From an uncultured Candidatus Saccharibacteria bacterium (GTDB lineage Bacteria > Patescibacteriota > Minisyncoccia > Phycocordibacterales > DATDWN01), in NCBI GenBank assembly GCA_964468795.1, contig CAYXWL010000014.1, positions 22,376 to 86,375 of the forward strand: DNA of 64,000 nucleotides. Direction: 5' to 3'. The translations under genes were made by a program, and so were the position numbers. Each line of letters starts with the position of its first letter. Position 1 is the first letter of the stretch. Below the pieces are notes generated by a model that worked only from the letters and a program-made list of their open reading frames with translations, had not been told where the DNA came from and searched no databases. Shown piece after piece: positions 54,350-64,000 of the stretch.

Positions 54350-56977
54350 TTAGTTATGACTTGAGATGAACTCTCTTGTAATCGGGCCCACCATTCCCCA
54401 TCCTGTAGTCCTTTCATTACCCGAACAGACAATATTATTGTCGCATTGGTAATTTTTTACTGCATTTCTAGTTATATCTCCAAAATACCCTGTATTATCG
54501 CTGAACTTCATATAACATTTCTGAGAAAAAAACTTCTGAAGCTCCTTTACTCTGTCACCATTGTCTCCATATCTTAAATTTTTCTTTGGTGAATATCGGG
54601 TCACTGAATAATTACAGGAAGATCCTTGGCCTACGGTTGGAGCACTTGGAACTGTAGGTGTAGAAGGAGTAGATGGATTGGTATTGGGGGTAGAAGTTGG
54701 AACAGGTGCAGGAGTCGGAGTAGGAGCAGGAACTGGTACTGGTATCGGAGACGGTGCAGGTGTTGGAGCAGGAACAGGTAGTGGTACAGGAGCAACTAAC
54801 GGATTTATTGTTACTAGTACAGGTTTAGGTTCGACAGACCAATTGTTTGCACCGTCCGTAACATGAACACCATAGTAGTACTGTCCAACTGCTGGAGAGT
54901 CGTTAAAGGAGTATGACCAGCTAGTAGACTTATCTGGTGCATTAACTGTAGTTATTAGATCCCAAGAGCAATTGCCTAGATTTGTCGACGTGCATGAAGA
55001 GCTATTCAATTTCGCCCTATAAAGTTCAGCTTTGGCAATATAAGATCCTCCGATATCGCTTGAAACAAATGTAGCTGATACTGAGCCGCTTCCATTTTTT
55101 GGCAATACATCAAAGACAGATATGAAAGGTTTTGCTGTATCGGAGGACGCAGGTTGGTACGGCGGAACCGGGGCTGGCGATGGAGAGATTCCTTGTGATG
55201 GGGTGTTTGTTATGCCAATGCCTGAAATAACATTAGTAGTGTTTGAACTTACAGAAGAAACATCTGCTCCAATATCTTTCCCATCAGTACCGGCATTATC
55301 ATAAGGACTTCCACTGACTATATTATAATTGCCTCCATTCTTATCAACCAAAACATCGCTCCACTGTGAAGGAAAAAAGTTTCCGGGATAATTGCTGTAT
55401 AGATTTGGAAATCCGGCAACAAAAACATTTTTTTGAAAAACAACATTTGGAAAATATGTAGCAAGTGCAGCATTACCAATACCCAAAGTGTCTCCAAATA
55501 CTCCATAAGCATTATGGGCAAAAATATTATTTACAATAACCATACTTGGTTTTGTTGAAACAGATGGAGAATAATAACTACCAGCCATTATTGCTGTGCC
55601 ATCCTGCAAAAAAGTATTATTGCTAAACTCTACATTCAAAGGACCAGGAGCTGATGTCCCGCCGTCGAGCAATATTCCCCATCCGCTTCCTCCCCAATTC
55701 GCGGAGCTTATATCTTCCCATATGTTGTTACTTACCCTTATTCTGTTTGTAGGTGGATTTTGAGGGTAATGATCATCATGACCATTTATCGAAATCCCAG
55801 ATGATGCATGTCGAACTATGTTATTTGAAAAAGTCACATCCTGAACCACACACCATGGACAATTCCCACCCTGATTTCTAGTAGTGAGGACAATTGCATA
55901 ACCAGACTGACCATCTACCCAGCTACCATCAAATATGTTTCCCGATATTAGTATCCTCTGAGCATTCTTTAGTTCAAACAAATTTTTCACAGACCAGTGG
56001 GTGCCCCCATACGAAGAATCTCCGACTTTCCATGTTCTGGGTTTGTAAACATAGTTATTCCTAAATTCTATATCTGAAGGAATAAGACCTGTAACTCTAG
56101 GATCATCTCCACCAAAAAGTACATTCTCACCAGAACCTTCAAAATAGTTGTTAGCTATCTTGTAAGGACCGGGACCCCATGTTGCAGTAATCGCTTGGGC
56201 ATCTTGTCCTACTACGTGAATATTTGAAATATATGAATCAACTACTGCACTCGATTTTGAATCAAGACCAATTCCTCTTTTAACGTTATAGTTTGGTTGA
56301 CCATGTATGTACATCCTATCAAGGACTATATCGCTAGCGAACATGGACAGAACCGACTCATCGCATACTTTGTAGAAATCTGTAGCGGTTCCACAATAGC
56401 TGTTTCCTGTTCCAAGTTGTACTAGAACATTTGAATCATTATTATTGCCTTCCGTAACCTCTATTCCAACAAGTCTGTAATGATGTGCTTTATCCTCAGT
56501 TTCAATAGCCGAAAGATTGTTACCGGGCGCAATTATTTTTGGCATATATTGAGCATTTGAAGGTGCAATCCTTGTACCTTGTGCAGGCAACATGCTCATG
56601 TCTTCTGGTCTTATTACTATCCATCCACTTCCAGTAGCCTTGTACTTTAGAACTACTGGACCATTTATAGTCATCCTATTATCAATCAATATTTCATCAC
56701 CCAAAGAAGCTGAGTCAATTGCAGACTGCAAAGATGTATAGCAGTACTGAGTGTTCGTGCAAGACGGTTTTACAGACCTCACAGTTCTGGAAGAGGAAAG
56801 GGGTGGGTATGTTGTGTCTAGATAAGTTCTTGGTAGTTCGGGAGAAGCTATGGATGACTGAGAGACCTGAGTAGTCTGGCTTGGTGGAAAAATATTTCCA
56901 GCCAGAGCCAAGTTATTTGAAAAGCCGGAAATTACGGTTGCTACTGAAATAATAATACCGCCAAGGTTTGATGACAT
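54350..56977 (-). CDS. Secreted parallel beta-helix protein with Pro-rich linker and peptidoglycan-binding domain
   Basis: Signal peptide, beta-helix-like 'I.NN.F' repeats, (PA/PT/PV)n linker, 'L.YG..G..V.ELQ.F...TGYFG.ITR.AV..YQ...G.VGP.TR'. Confidence 0.7.
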   Translation of the reverse strand: MSSNLGGIIISVATVISGFSNNLALAGNIFPPSQTTQVSQSSIASPELPRTYLDTTYPPLSSSRTVRSVKPSCTNTQYCYTSLQSAIDSASLGDEILIDNRMTINGPVVLKYKATGSGWIVIRPEDMSMLPAQGTRIAPSNAQYMPKIIAPGNNLSAIETEDKAHHYRLVGIEVTEGNNNDSNVLVQLGTGNSYCGTATDFYKVCDESVLSMFASDIVLDRMYIHGQPNYNVKRGIGLDSKSSAVVDSYISNIHVVGQDAQAITATWGPGPYKIANNYFEGSGENVLFGGDDPRVTGLIPSDIEFRNNYVYKPRTWKVGDSSYGGTHWSVKNLFELKNAQRILISGNIFDGSWVDGQSGYAIVLTTRNQGGNCPWCVVQDVTFSNNIVRHASSGISINGHDDHYPQNPPTNRIRVSNNIWEDISSANWGGSGWGILLDGGTSAPGPLNVEFSNNTFLQDGTAIMAGSYYSPSVSTKPSMVIVNNIFAHNAYGVFGDTLGIGNAALATYFPNVVFQKNVFVAGFPNLYSNYPGNFFPSQWSDVLVDKNGGNYNIVSGSPYDNAGTDGKDIGADVSSVSSNTTNVISGIGITNTPSQGISPSPAPVPPYQPASSDTAKPFISVFDVLPKNGSGSVSATFVSSDIGGSYIAKAELYRAKLNSSSCTSTNLGNCSWDLITTVNAPDKSTSWSYSFNDSPAVGQYYYGVHVTDGANNWSVEPKPVLVTINPLVAPVPLPVPAPTPAPSPIPVPVPAPTPTPAPVPTSTPNTNPSTPSTPTVPSAPTVGQGSSCNYSVTRYSPKKNLRYGDNGDRVKELQKFFSQKCYMKFSDNTGYFGDITRNAVKNYQCDNNIVCSGNERTTGWGMVGPITREFISSHN

Positions 56978-57051
56978 GTATATGAAATTTTGATTAATTT
57001 GAATTAATCAAATAATACTAATAATAATTTAATGAAGATTGGATGAAGAGA

Positions 57052-58728
57052 CTAGAGCTCAGCATCCGGCTGGACTATTCTTGCCTTCCAGATTTTCTTA
57101 TGCAAAGTGCTCCACACCTCGTTTAATTCCCTGCTGTTCAGAAGCCAGAGGATCACTGTCCCGCAAATTATACCAACAATGCCCGATAGGAACCCTTGGA
57201 AAAATATGCCAGCCAAAGTATTGAGATTCAGGTAATTATCAAAAATGTTTAGGCATACGTAAGATATGTACCCCATAATGACTGACGCTCCTGTTATCTC
57301 AAATAATGTTCTAAACACTGGTGATGAAAAATCCCTGAACTCCAGTCCGAAACCTATCCAGTGAACAACAAGGTTGAACAAAAGTCCTATTGTATAACCT
57401 AATGGCAACATAAGCACGATAGTTCCCGGTACACCCGAAACCTTAAACAGCGATTCCATAAAATCTCTGAAAAAACTACTATTATTAAACAAAGTGGCTA
57501 GGCCATAGCTAGAAAATACTATTACTCCTGCAGATACTATATTCATAATAAGCGGAGTCTTGGTCTTGCCCTGAGAATAGTAGGACCTCACAAAAAGAGA
57601 AACCAGATTTTGAGCTACTAGAGAAATAGTGAATATTGCCAAAGCTGCCGATGTGAGCCTTGTGTCATCCCAATTAAACCTTCCTGACCCCAAAATAGTT
57701 CTTACTATCTGTGCTCTCAAAACCACGAACATAACAGAAATTGGCACAGACCAGAATATAATGTGCCTAGCTGAGGTTATCATCTGCTCTACAAACTTAT
57801 CCTTCTCCCCCGCCCCAAACAGCCGTGTCAGGGTCGGAAACGCTGCGAGCGAGTAGCTAACCCCTATTATACTAAATGGTACAGCTTGCAGGTTGAAAGA
57901 AAAATTAAAGATAGCGATAGAACCAGTTGCAAAAAATGAGGCGAAGGAGATAAGGAACAATTCTGCAATTTCGTTTGAGGAAACAGTGATGGTTCTAGGT
58001 AGCGAAGTGTAAATTATTTTTTTTATGAAACTGTACTTGATAGGAAACCTAAATTTTGGAAACATTTTTTGTGAAGCGATGAAAGGAATCTGGATGGCAA
58101 AATGGAAAAAGGCTCCAAACACTACTCCCATGCCGAGGCCGGTTACTCCCATCATAGGATAGAGAAGCACTATGCCCATGATTATTCCTATGTTGTAGAC
58201 CACTGGCGAAATGGCATAAATGAAAAATCTCCTATTTATCTGAGTAATGCTTGCAAGCAAATTTGAAAAGCCCAAAAAGGCTGGGGATAGGAGAAGAATC
58301 CTAGACAGCTTAACAAGTTGCGGGAAGCTGTCAGACTTTGCGAACACCGGAAACAGTTTTGCCATTATAAAAGGAGTGGCTATATAAGAGACGATGCCTA
58401 CAAGCATCATAAAGAAAAAGAAAAAAGTAAAAACACTGTCAATAAACTCTTTTGCTGATTCTTCGCTCTGCTCAAAACGCTCAATTAGGAAAGGTATGAG
58501 CACAGATACAGATACTATGGATGCCACAGTAACGAACAGTATGTCTGGGATACGAAATGCCGAGTAGTATATGTCCAGTGTATTGTTTGCTCCGAACTGA
58601 TGAGCCAAAATTCTATCTCGAACAAGAGCTAGCACTTGAGAACAGATGGCAAAAAAACCTAGAAGATACGCGGCCTGATGAAGACCAGATATTTCCTTGT
58701 TAATAAAATTAAGAAATCTCTTAACCAT
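57052..58728 (-). CDS. murJ: Lipid II flippase MurJ (MviN)
   Basis: LVRDRILA..FGA, AFRIPD, SPVVYN.GII, AFPTL, R..Y....TKTP. Confidence 0.9.
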   Translation of the reverse strand: MVKRFLNFINKEISGLHQAAYLLGFFAICSQVLALVRDRILAHQFGANNTLDIYYSAFRIPDILFVTVASIVSVSVLIPFLIERFEQSEESAKEFIDSVFTFFFFFMMLVGIVSYIATPFIMAKLFPVFAKSDSFPQLVKLSRILLLSPAFLGFSNLLASITQINRRFFIYAISPVVYNIGIIMGIVLLYPMMGVTGLGMGVVFGAFFHFAIQIPFIASQKMFPKFRFPIKYSFIKKIIYTSLPRTITVSSNEIAELFLISFASFFATGSIAIFNFSFNLQAVPFSIIGVSYSLAAFPTLTRLFGAGEKDKFVEQMITSARHIIFWSVPISVMFVVLRAQIVRTILGSGRFNWDDTRLTSAALAIFTISLVAQNLVSLFVRSYYSQGKTKTPLIMNIVSAGVIVFSSYGLATLFNNSSFFRDFMESLFKVSGVPGTIVLMLPLGYTIGLLFNLVVHWIGFGLEFRDFSSPVFRTLFEITGASVIMGYISYVCLNIFDNYLNLNTLAGIFFQGFLSGIVGIICGTVILWLLNSRELNEVWSTLHKKIWKARIVQPDAEL

Positions 58729-58737
58729 TTAGGTAGT

Positions 58738-61116
58738 TTACTGTACTTTCTCTTTTACTGGTAGGTTTTTTCCCTTCTCAGGATGTGTTGTGGTTGCATT
58801 CTTGAATATTGGCTTGCCGGACAGCAAGTTGGATAAAATTGCGTCCACCTCCTTGCTATCAGGGTTAGTAACTTTGAGATCTTTAAATTCCTGTATTGCC
58901 TTTTCATGCTCCCCTGTCGCCTCATACGACAGTCCGAGGAAATATTTCGCATTAGCGTAATCCGGCCTCATTCCTATCGCCTTCTTGAGCGACTCAATTG
59001 CACCTGCATAGTCCCCAACGTTGTATTTGAGCAGGCCCAGCTGGAAGAAAACTGCTGGATTTGTAGGATCAATCACGGATGCTGACGTTACTGAATCTAT
59101 TGCTCCTTTCAGGTTATTGCTTGCCACCTCTATCTGAGAAAGAAGGAAATAAGCATCTAGGTAGTTGCTTTTTAGAGATATGGCCTTATTTGCATATTCT
59201 TTTCCTAGACCATAATCGCCATGTGTAGAAGCTAGTCTAGCAAAAAGCATTAGTATTCCTGGATTTTTTGGATTTCTTTTCAATGCTTCATTATATGCAT
59301 ATTGAGCGCTTTCGTATGCTCCGCTTATTTTTAGATTTGGAGCAGATACCGCTTCATATACTTGGCCGAGCGCTATCCAGTTTAAATAATTTGCTGAATC
59401 TGCCTTTGTTGCCGCTATGCCTGCTTTTATAGCATTAGATAGGACATCGCTGAACTGCTTCTGAATCTGCTCTGGCTTTACGGTCTTTGGATCTTGGGAT
59501 GCGACTGCCCCGAGCTTTAGCACTTCAACATTTGATAGTGCTCTAAAGTATAGATCATAAGGTACAGCATCTATAGCTCGGAGAATGTGCTTTTCTGACT
59601 CATTTATATTTCCGGTATTGTTTATTTCATGATTGCTCTTCGAGAAGTACCAGAGAGATACTGAGTTTTTATACATCCCATACAATAGCGAAACGCATGC
59701 AACGACAAGAGCTACTGAAATTACAGACGCTATAAATCCTGTCCGAGGATCAACTAGCAGCATTTTTTCACGAGTCTTAATCAGTCCAGCCCTGTAAACT
59801 GACGCAAAGAAAAGTCCTGTAAAGAAAAGAGTCAGAATAAATATGACGACACTGGGCACATAAACAAAAGACATTACCCACAAATAAAACGTAACAAAAA
59901 ATGACGATACCAATAAATACTTTGAAAATTCGTCATCAATACGAGAAAAAATCGCCTTTACGCCGAGGTACAAGATAAATCCGACAAATACCACCCAAGA
60001 CAAAAGACCTATAATACCGGTTGTAACGGCAAAAGTAGGAATGAGACCAACTCCTGTTGCAAAATCTGTATTCCAAAATACAGTCGAGATTATTTCATCC
60101 GGCTTATATGAGAGCCACTGGTTTACAAAAGTATTTGGGCCTGAGCCAAATAGAGGCTCCTTTGCAAGAGTATTTTTTGCTATAGCATACGTTATTTCAA
60201 AAGATGGCCTGACTTCAAGATTGCTCACGTTCAGCTTTTTAGATAAAAATCCTCCTATGCTATTTCCCCATATTACAAAAATTATCGAGATGGCCAAGAC
60301 TCCAGCTGAGTAAAATGAAATGCCCTTCAGCCTTTCTTTGAAACTTAATTTTGCAAACCCGTCATTTCCATAACTGAAAATCCGATAAAGTATGAATAAA
60401 AATGCAGTAACGCCGACAATCGCCCAAATGACAGTAAAGTTAACAAGAGCAAGGAAAAAAATGGATAGGACGAGAGCCAAAGTCAGTATGCCTTTTACAA
60501 GCCGGCTTACATTTACCATTTCGTAAGTAAGCAGGGACAAGATGGCACATATGCCGAAAAATAATCCGATGTTATTCCAGCTTCCCACCATTGTTGAAGT
60601 AAGCTGGCTGAAAATTCCAAAAGAAAGTATGTTCTGTCCAAAGATAAGCCTTACTAAAGTGAAAAGCGATAATATGACGGAAGAAATAACAAAAGCGAAA
60701 TAGGAATAGAAAATCCTATTCCCTTCTTTAAACAAAAGTGAGACCAAGAAAAGATATCCGAAACCAAGGAGGATAAATCCGATGGTTGTGATGTCGAATG
60801 TGTACCCAAAAAATGCCAACCGTGAAAAGCCATGCGAAATTCCTGCAAGTGCATACACGACAGGAACCAATGCGGTGATACCGATAATGTACTTTGACTC
60901 GGACGGTAATTCAATAGATCCATAAGCTAGTCCTGAAATGATATAAATGAGAGCAGAAGCAATTACACCTATGGAGAAAAGAAGGCTTGTGCCAAATTGA
61001 GTCGAAATAAAAGAAACAGGTATGAAAAATACTGGCACAAGAAATGTCATACCTAGCAATATGATATACGATATCTTGCTCCAAAAATGTCGCTTAGATT
61101 GCTGGAACTCTTCCAT
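58738..61116 (-). CDS. Polytopic membrane protein with O-antigen ligase-like domain and C-terminal TPR repeats
   Basis: About 12 TMs, 'PLFGSGPNTF' Wzy_C-like loop, TPR repeats (DYANA.Y.LG). Confidence 0.7.
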   Translation of the reverse strand: MEEFQQSKRHFWSKISYIILLGMTFLVPVFFIPVSFISTQFGTSLLFSIGVIASALIYIISGLAYGSIELPSESKYIIGITALVPVVYALAGISHGFSRLAFFGYTFDITTIGFILLGFGYLFLVSLLFKEGNRIFYSYFAFVISSVILSLFTLVRLIFGQNILSFGIFSQLTSTMVGSWNNIGLFFGICAILSLLTYEMVNVSRLVKGILTLALVLSIFFLALVNFTVIWAIVGVTAFLFILYRIFSYGNDGFAKLSFKERLKGISFYSAGVLAISIIFVIWGNSIGGFLSKKLNVSNLEVRPSFEITYAIAKNTLAKEPLFGSGPNTFVNQWLSYKPDEIISTVFWNTDFATGVGLIPTFAVTTGIIGLLSWVVFVGFILYLGVKAIFSRIDDEFSKYLLVSSFFVTFYLWVMSFVYVPSVVIFILTLFFTGLFFASVYRAGLIKTREKMLLVDPRTGFIASVISVALVVACVSLLYGMYKNSVSLWYFSKSNHEINNTGNINESEKHILRAIDAVPYDLYFRALSNVEVLKLGAVASQDPKTVKPEQIQKQFSDVLSNAIKAGIAATKADSANYLNWIALGQVYEAVSAPNLKISGAYESAQYAYNEALKRNPKNPGILMLFARLASTHGDYGLGKEYANKAISLKSNYLDAYFLLSQIEVASNNLKGAIDSVTSASVIDPTNPAVFFQLGLLKYNVGDYAGAIESLKKAIGMRPDYANAKYFLGLSYEATGEHEKAIQEFKDLKVTNPDSKEVDAILSNLLSGKPIFKNATTTHPEKGKNLPVKEKVQ

Positions 61117-61208
61117 GTGTTTGTTTTTAAGTTTTTAAAAGCTGTTTACATTATAGTAAAGCTAAAGCTTCCTCACAAACCGCTATTCCACAAAAAATGG
61201 CTTATAAT

Positions 61209-61802
61209 TTACTTAAAAATGAGTGTAGAGAGTATCTGCCCGATAAGACTATCCAGCCTCTTGTATGTAGTAACCTGATACAAATTGCCGTGATAGACAA
61301 ACCACACTTCACGAGTTTCTCCCATGCTTCCATTCTTTGAAAAAAATATAAGCGCATGCTGACCAGCCACTTTCTTTTGCTGCGGACCCAAGATGACATT
61401 TTGAGGAGAACGTATAACCAAGTCAGGAATATCCTCGTGTATACGTTCTGAAGTGAGGATCTCTCCTTCATCCCAGGGTGTAATATATATTTGAAACCAA
61501 TCGCCATTTGAGCGAGTAAATACAATCTGCTCCCCCTCGCCTTCCTGAAAATTGGAAGTTTTAAAATCGCTTGGAAAAGAAAAAGTGAAATTGTATTTTT
61601 TGTGCAGATATGTGCTTGATGTCTGAGATGCTTGAGTAATCTCCGGAGGGACAATGTCAACATGAATAGTATCCGCCTCATTATCCTGTTCATTTATGAC
61701 ATCATTCTGACTTATGTGCGACAGTTTTTTATATTTTTGATACAGAAAAAAACCTCCGATTGCAATAACCATTATAAATATAAATATGTATACTCTTTTC
61801 AT
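61209..61802 (-). CDS. Membrane-anchored PsbP-like hypothetical protein
   Basis: N-terminal TM, 'Y.H..Y.F.FS.P..F', 'ILSTL.F' C-terminus. Confidence 0.6.
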   Translation of the reverse strand: MKRVYIFIFIMVIAIGGFFLYQKYKKLSHISQNDVINEQDNEADTIHVDIVPPEITQASQTSSTYLHKKYNFTFSFPSDFKTSNFQEGEGEQIVFTRSNGDWFQIYITPWDEGEILTSERIHEDIPDLVIRSPQNVILGPQQKKVAGQHALIFFSKNGSMGETREVWFVYHGNLYQVTTYKRLDSLIGQILSTLIFK

Positions 61803-63931
61803 CTTCCCATATTGTACAAGGCCTTTATTTCATCTGCTGAAAGTGCTCGGTTGTACATCCTAACGTCATCTACGGATCCAGGAAGGTAATTCCATCCTCC
61901 TGTACCTATACCTGTTCTGATTCCGGCATTGTAGCCGGTTCCAATAACCGTATTTACCCACCATGATTGGTTTATTGTTCCAGCTCGACTACCGACAAGT
62001 GCACCATCAAGATACAACGACTGGTAAGAGTCATCACCAACCATAACTGCATGGTGCCAAACACCGTCGTTTACTGAACCTGTTGAGGTAATTTGGCCGT
62101 TAGATCCTGTCCAAAATTCACCTCTCAACTTTCCGTCAGTTTGCACAGCTAAAACAGGTATGAATGATGTTGGAGTAAGTGGAATTGAGGTATTATCGTT
62201 TTGGTTAAAAATAACCGGTCCTGCAGTCGAAGTTGTCTTAAACCACAAAGAAACCGTCTCTTTAACTCCACTTGAAAGATTTAGGCCAAAATTTGTTGGC
62301 AGGTATACATAATCATCACTGCCGTCAAATTTTAATGCTTGCCCAATCCTCCCCAAAGAAGCAACGGGTCCATTTGTAAGGGTTCCATTATTTGCACTTG
62401 CCGATGAATCATACGCTGTCACTCCAGAAATCTTTGATCCATCAAATGTCCAGTGCCCAACAAGCCCATCTTTTATATGCGATGTGTTTGTCTTATTTAC
62501 GACTGTAGCCTTGGTGTTTTTATACAAGTTATGAATCTCTGCAGAACTAAGCACCCTACTATACAATCGTACTTCATCAATATAGCCTGGAAAATACTCA
62601 CCTAGAGGACTGCTAGCGTAATCCGCTCCAATAATAATAGGGTAATTTGCATAACCTATATTTCCCAATCCTACGTTACTAGACACAAGCGCAACATCAT
62701 CAAGATATGGTCGTATCGTATTACCATCATATGTCATCGCAATATGATGCCATTGTCCATAAATAACATCACTTCCAAGAGTAACCTCGTGCCCAGAATA
62801 GGTCGTTCCATTTCCAATACCAAATTCTAATGTATGCGCATTAAAGTTAAAACGAATAAGCCATGATAAGAAAGGAGGTGACCATGGAGAACTTGTATAC
62901 GGTTTCGTAATTAACGACGAGTAATAAGAAATATTCGATGTATTGGGCAAATAAAACCATAATGAAATAGAAATCGCATCCGAACGCAATATAACATTAT
63001 CTGGAATTGTTGCGTAATTTGACCCACTTGAAAGATCTATTGCTTTTCCATTTTTTCCAGTTGTCCACCCACCCGTTAATGCTCCATTATTCTTATTTCC
63101 AGAAGAGTCTCCGATCACGCTTCCAGATCCCTCGTCCATTTTCCAGTATCCAATAAGCCCCGTATTACTTACCCCACCAGACACTCTCGGCTTTTGAAGT
63201 CGGTAGAGCCGCTGTATCTCATCGGAAGACAGCACGCGATTGTAAATTCTAATTTCATCAAGTGAACCGTTAAAAAATCGATTTGTGGCGATACCTGAAG
63301 TATATCCGCCGATTTGAGTCAGGCTTGAACCTGGAGATTGAGGGGTGCTTGCTGACGTATCAGAATAAATAAGTTGCCCATCCAGATATATTGATGGATA
63401 CCCTGACCCATTTACCACGAGCCCGAATTGATGCCAGCCAGTACCGAAGTTTCTACCAGTTGGAATCCAGCGAACATCTTCATATAACACTGTAAGAGTA
63501 TTACCTGCCTGTTCAAATCCTGTATTATCATTTGGTGAAAGTCCGATACCTACCCCTCCATTTACACCTCCAATTTTTATAAATGCCCCATGATTTGTTG
63601 TATTTGAAACATACGCCCACCCCACAATAGAAAAATTAGCAGTCCCAATATTGAGATGAGAAGGAATGCTGACGTATTTATTTGTTCCATCAAATGAGAG
63701 TGCTTGTCCAAGACCAGGGGTACTTGTAGTTGCAATTGGGCTATTTGTCAAAACTCCCGTCTGACTATTACCGCTTCTGTCATACGCGTAGCCTGTCTGA
63801 ACCACGTCTTCAAAATTCCAATACCCTGCAAGATTTGAATTAATAACTGGGCGTGCAATCGTACTGGCACATGCAACAGAAAAAAACCCAATAATAAAAA
63901 CAGAATATACTACTCTAAAAAAAACTTTCAT
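61799..63931 (-). CDS. Secreted protein with three LamG/concanavalin-A-like domains
   Basis: Three repeats of 'L.G.W..DE...D.SGN..G......A..FDG...WHH...G.LD..R.YNR.LS..EI..LY'. Confidence 0.9.
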   Translation of the reverse strand: MKVFFRVVYSVFIIGFFSVACASTIARPVINSNLAGYWNFEDVVQTGYAYDRSGNSQTGVLTNSPIATTSTPGLGQALSFDGTNKYVSIPSHLNIGTANFSIVGWAYVSNTTNHGAFIKIGGVNGGVGIGLSPNDNTGFEQAGNTLTVLYEDVRWIPTGRNFGTGWHQFGLVVNGSGYPSIYLDGQLIYSDTSASTPQSPGSSLTQIGGYTSGIATNRFFNGSLDEIRIYNRVLSSDEIQRLYRLQKPRVSGGVSNTGLIGYWKMDEGSGSVIGDSSGNKNNGALTGGWTTGKNGKAIDLSSGSNYATIPDNVILRSDAISISLWFYLPNTSNISYYSSLITKPYTSSPWSPPFLSWLIRFNFNAHTLEFGIGNGTTYSGHEVTLGSDVIYGQWHHIAMTYDGNTIRPYLDDVALVSSNVGLGNIGYANYPIIIGADYASSPLGEYFPGYIDEVRLYSRVLSSAEIHNLYKNTKATVVNKTNTSHIKDGLVGHWTFDGSKISGVTAYDSSASANNGTLTNGPVASLGRIGQALKFDGSDDYVYLPTNFGLNLSSGVKETVSLWFKTTSTAGPVIFNQNDNTSIPLTPTSFIPVLAVQTDGKLRGEFWTGSNGQITSTGSVNDGVWHHAVMVGDDSYQSLYLDGALVGSRAGTINQSWWVNTVIGTGYNAGIRTGIGTGGWNYLPGSVDDVRMYNRALSADEIKALYNMGR

Positions 63932-64000
63932 TAAGTGTATTATATATAAAAACAGAGATAAAACTCAGACTTGTATTTTGTTAAATTAATGTTAAAATAC

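Noticed and set aside
54640-54800. Low-complexity tandem-like DNA repeats
   Set aside because: Explained by the Pro/Thr/Ala-rich linker of the 875-aa surface protein.

Overview
AT-rich bacterial chromosome segment that looks like Patescibacteria/CPR (Parcubacteria-like). This assignment is inferred from compact housekeeping genes mostly lacking Shine-Dalgarno sites, pilM-N-O-like genes plus a PilB/GspE ATPase, a multi-LamG protein, polA without an obvious 3'-5' exonuclease domain, and rplK not followed by rplA. The backbone holds secE-nusG-rplK, rplS, uppS, rpsT, ruvA/B/C/X, mutM, holA-like, polA, tsaE, yebC, lepA, murJ and seven tRNAs. Accessory content is (i) a GC-rich dTTP-synthesis module (MazG-like, tmk, thyX, dcd); (ii) an AT-rich ThiF / N-acyl amino acid synthase / ACP / PPTase biosynthetic cluster; and (iii) an ~8.3 kb island in tRNA-Ser(TGA). 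The island's serine recombinase appears to be split by its own att site and would gain a 28-aa C-terminus on circularisation. The island also carries a type II R-M system and a promoter-led array of four small GC-rich genes, each preceded by the same ~90-nt multi-hairpin spacer (cassette-like, but with no integron integrase or attC). Three families of non-coding structured repeats are also present: ERIC-like ~125-nt TA-flanked elements, a second palindromic family, and tRNA-tail elements carrying an antisense copy plus a direct copy of the 3' end of the adjacent tRNA. All calls are by eye from motifs and no database searches were run.
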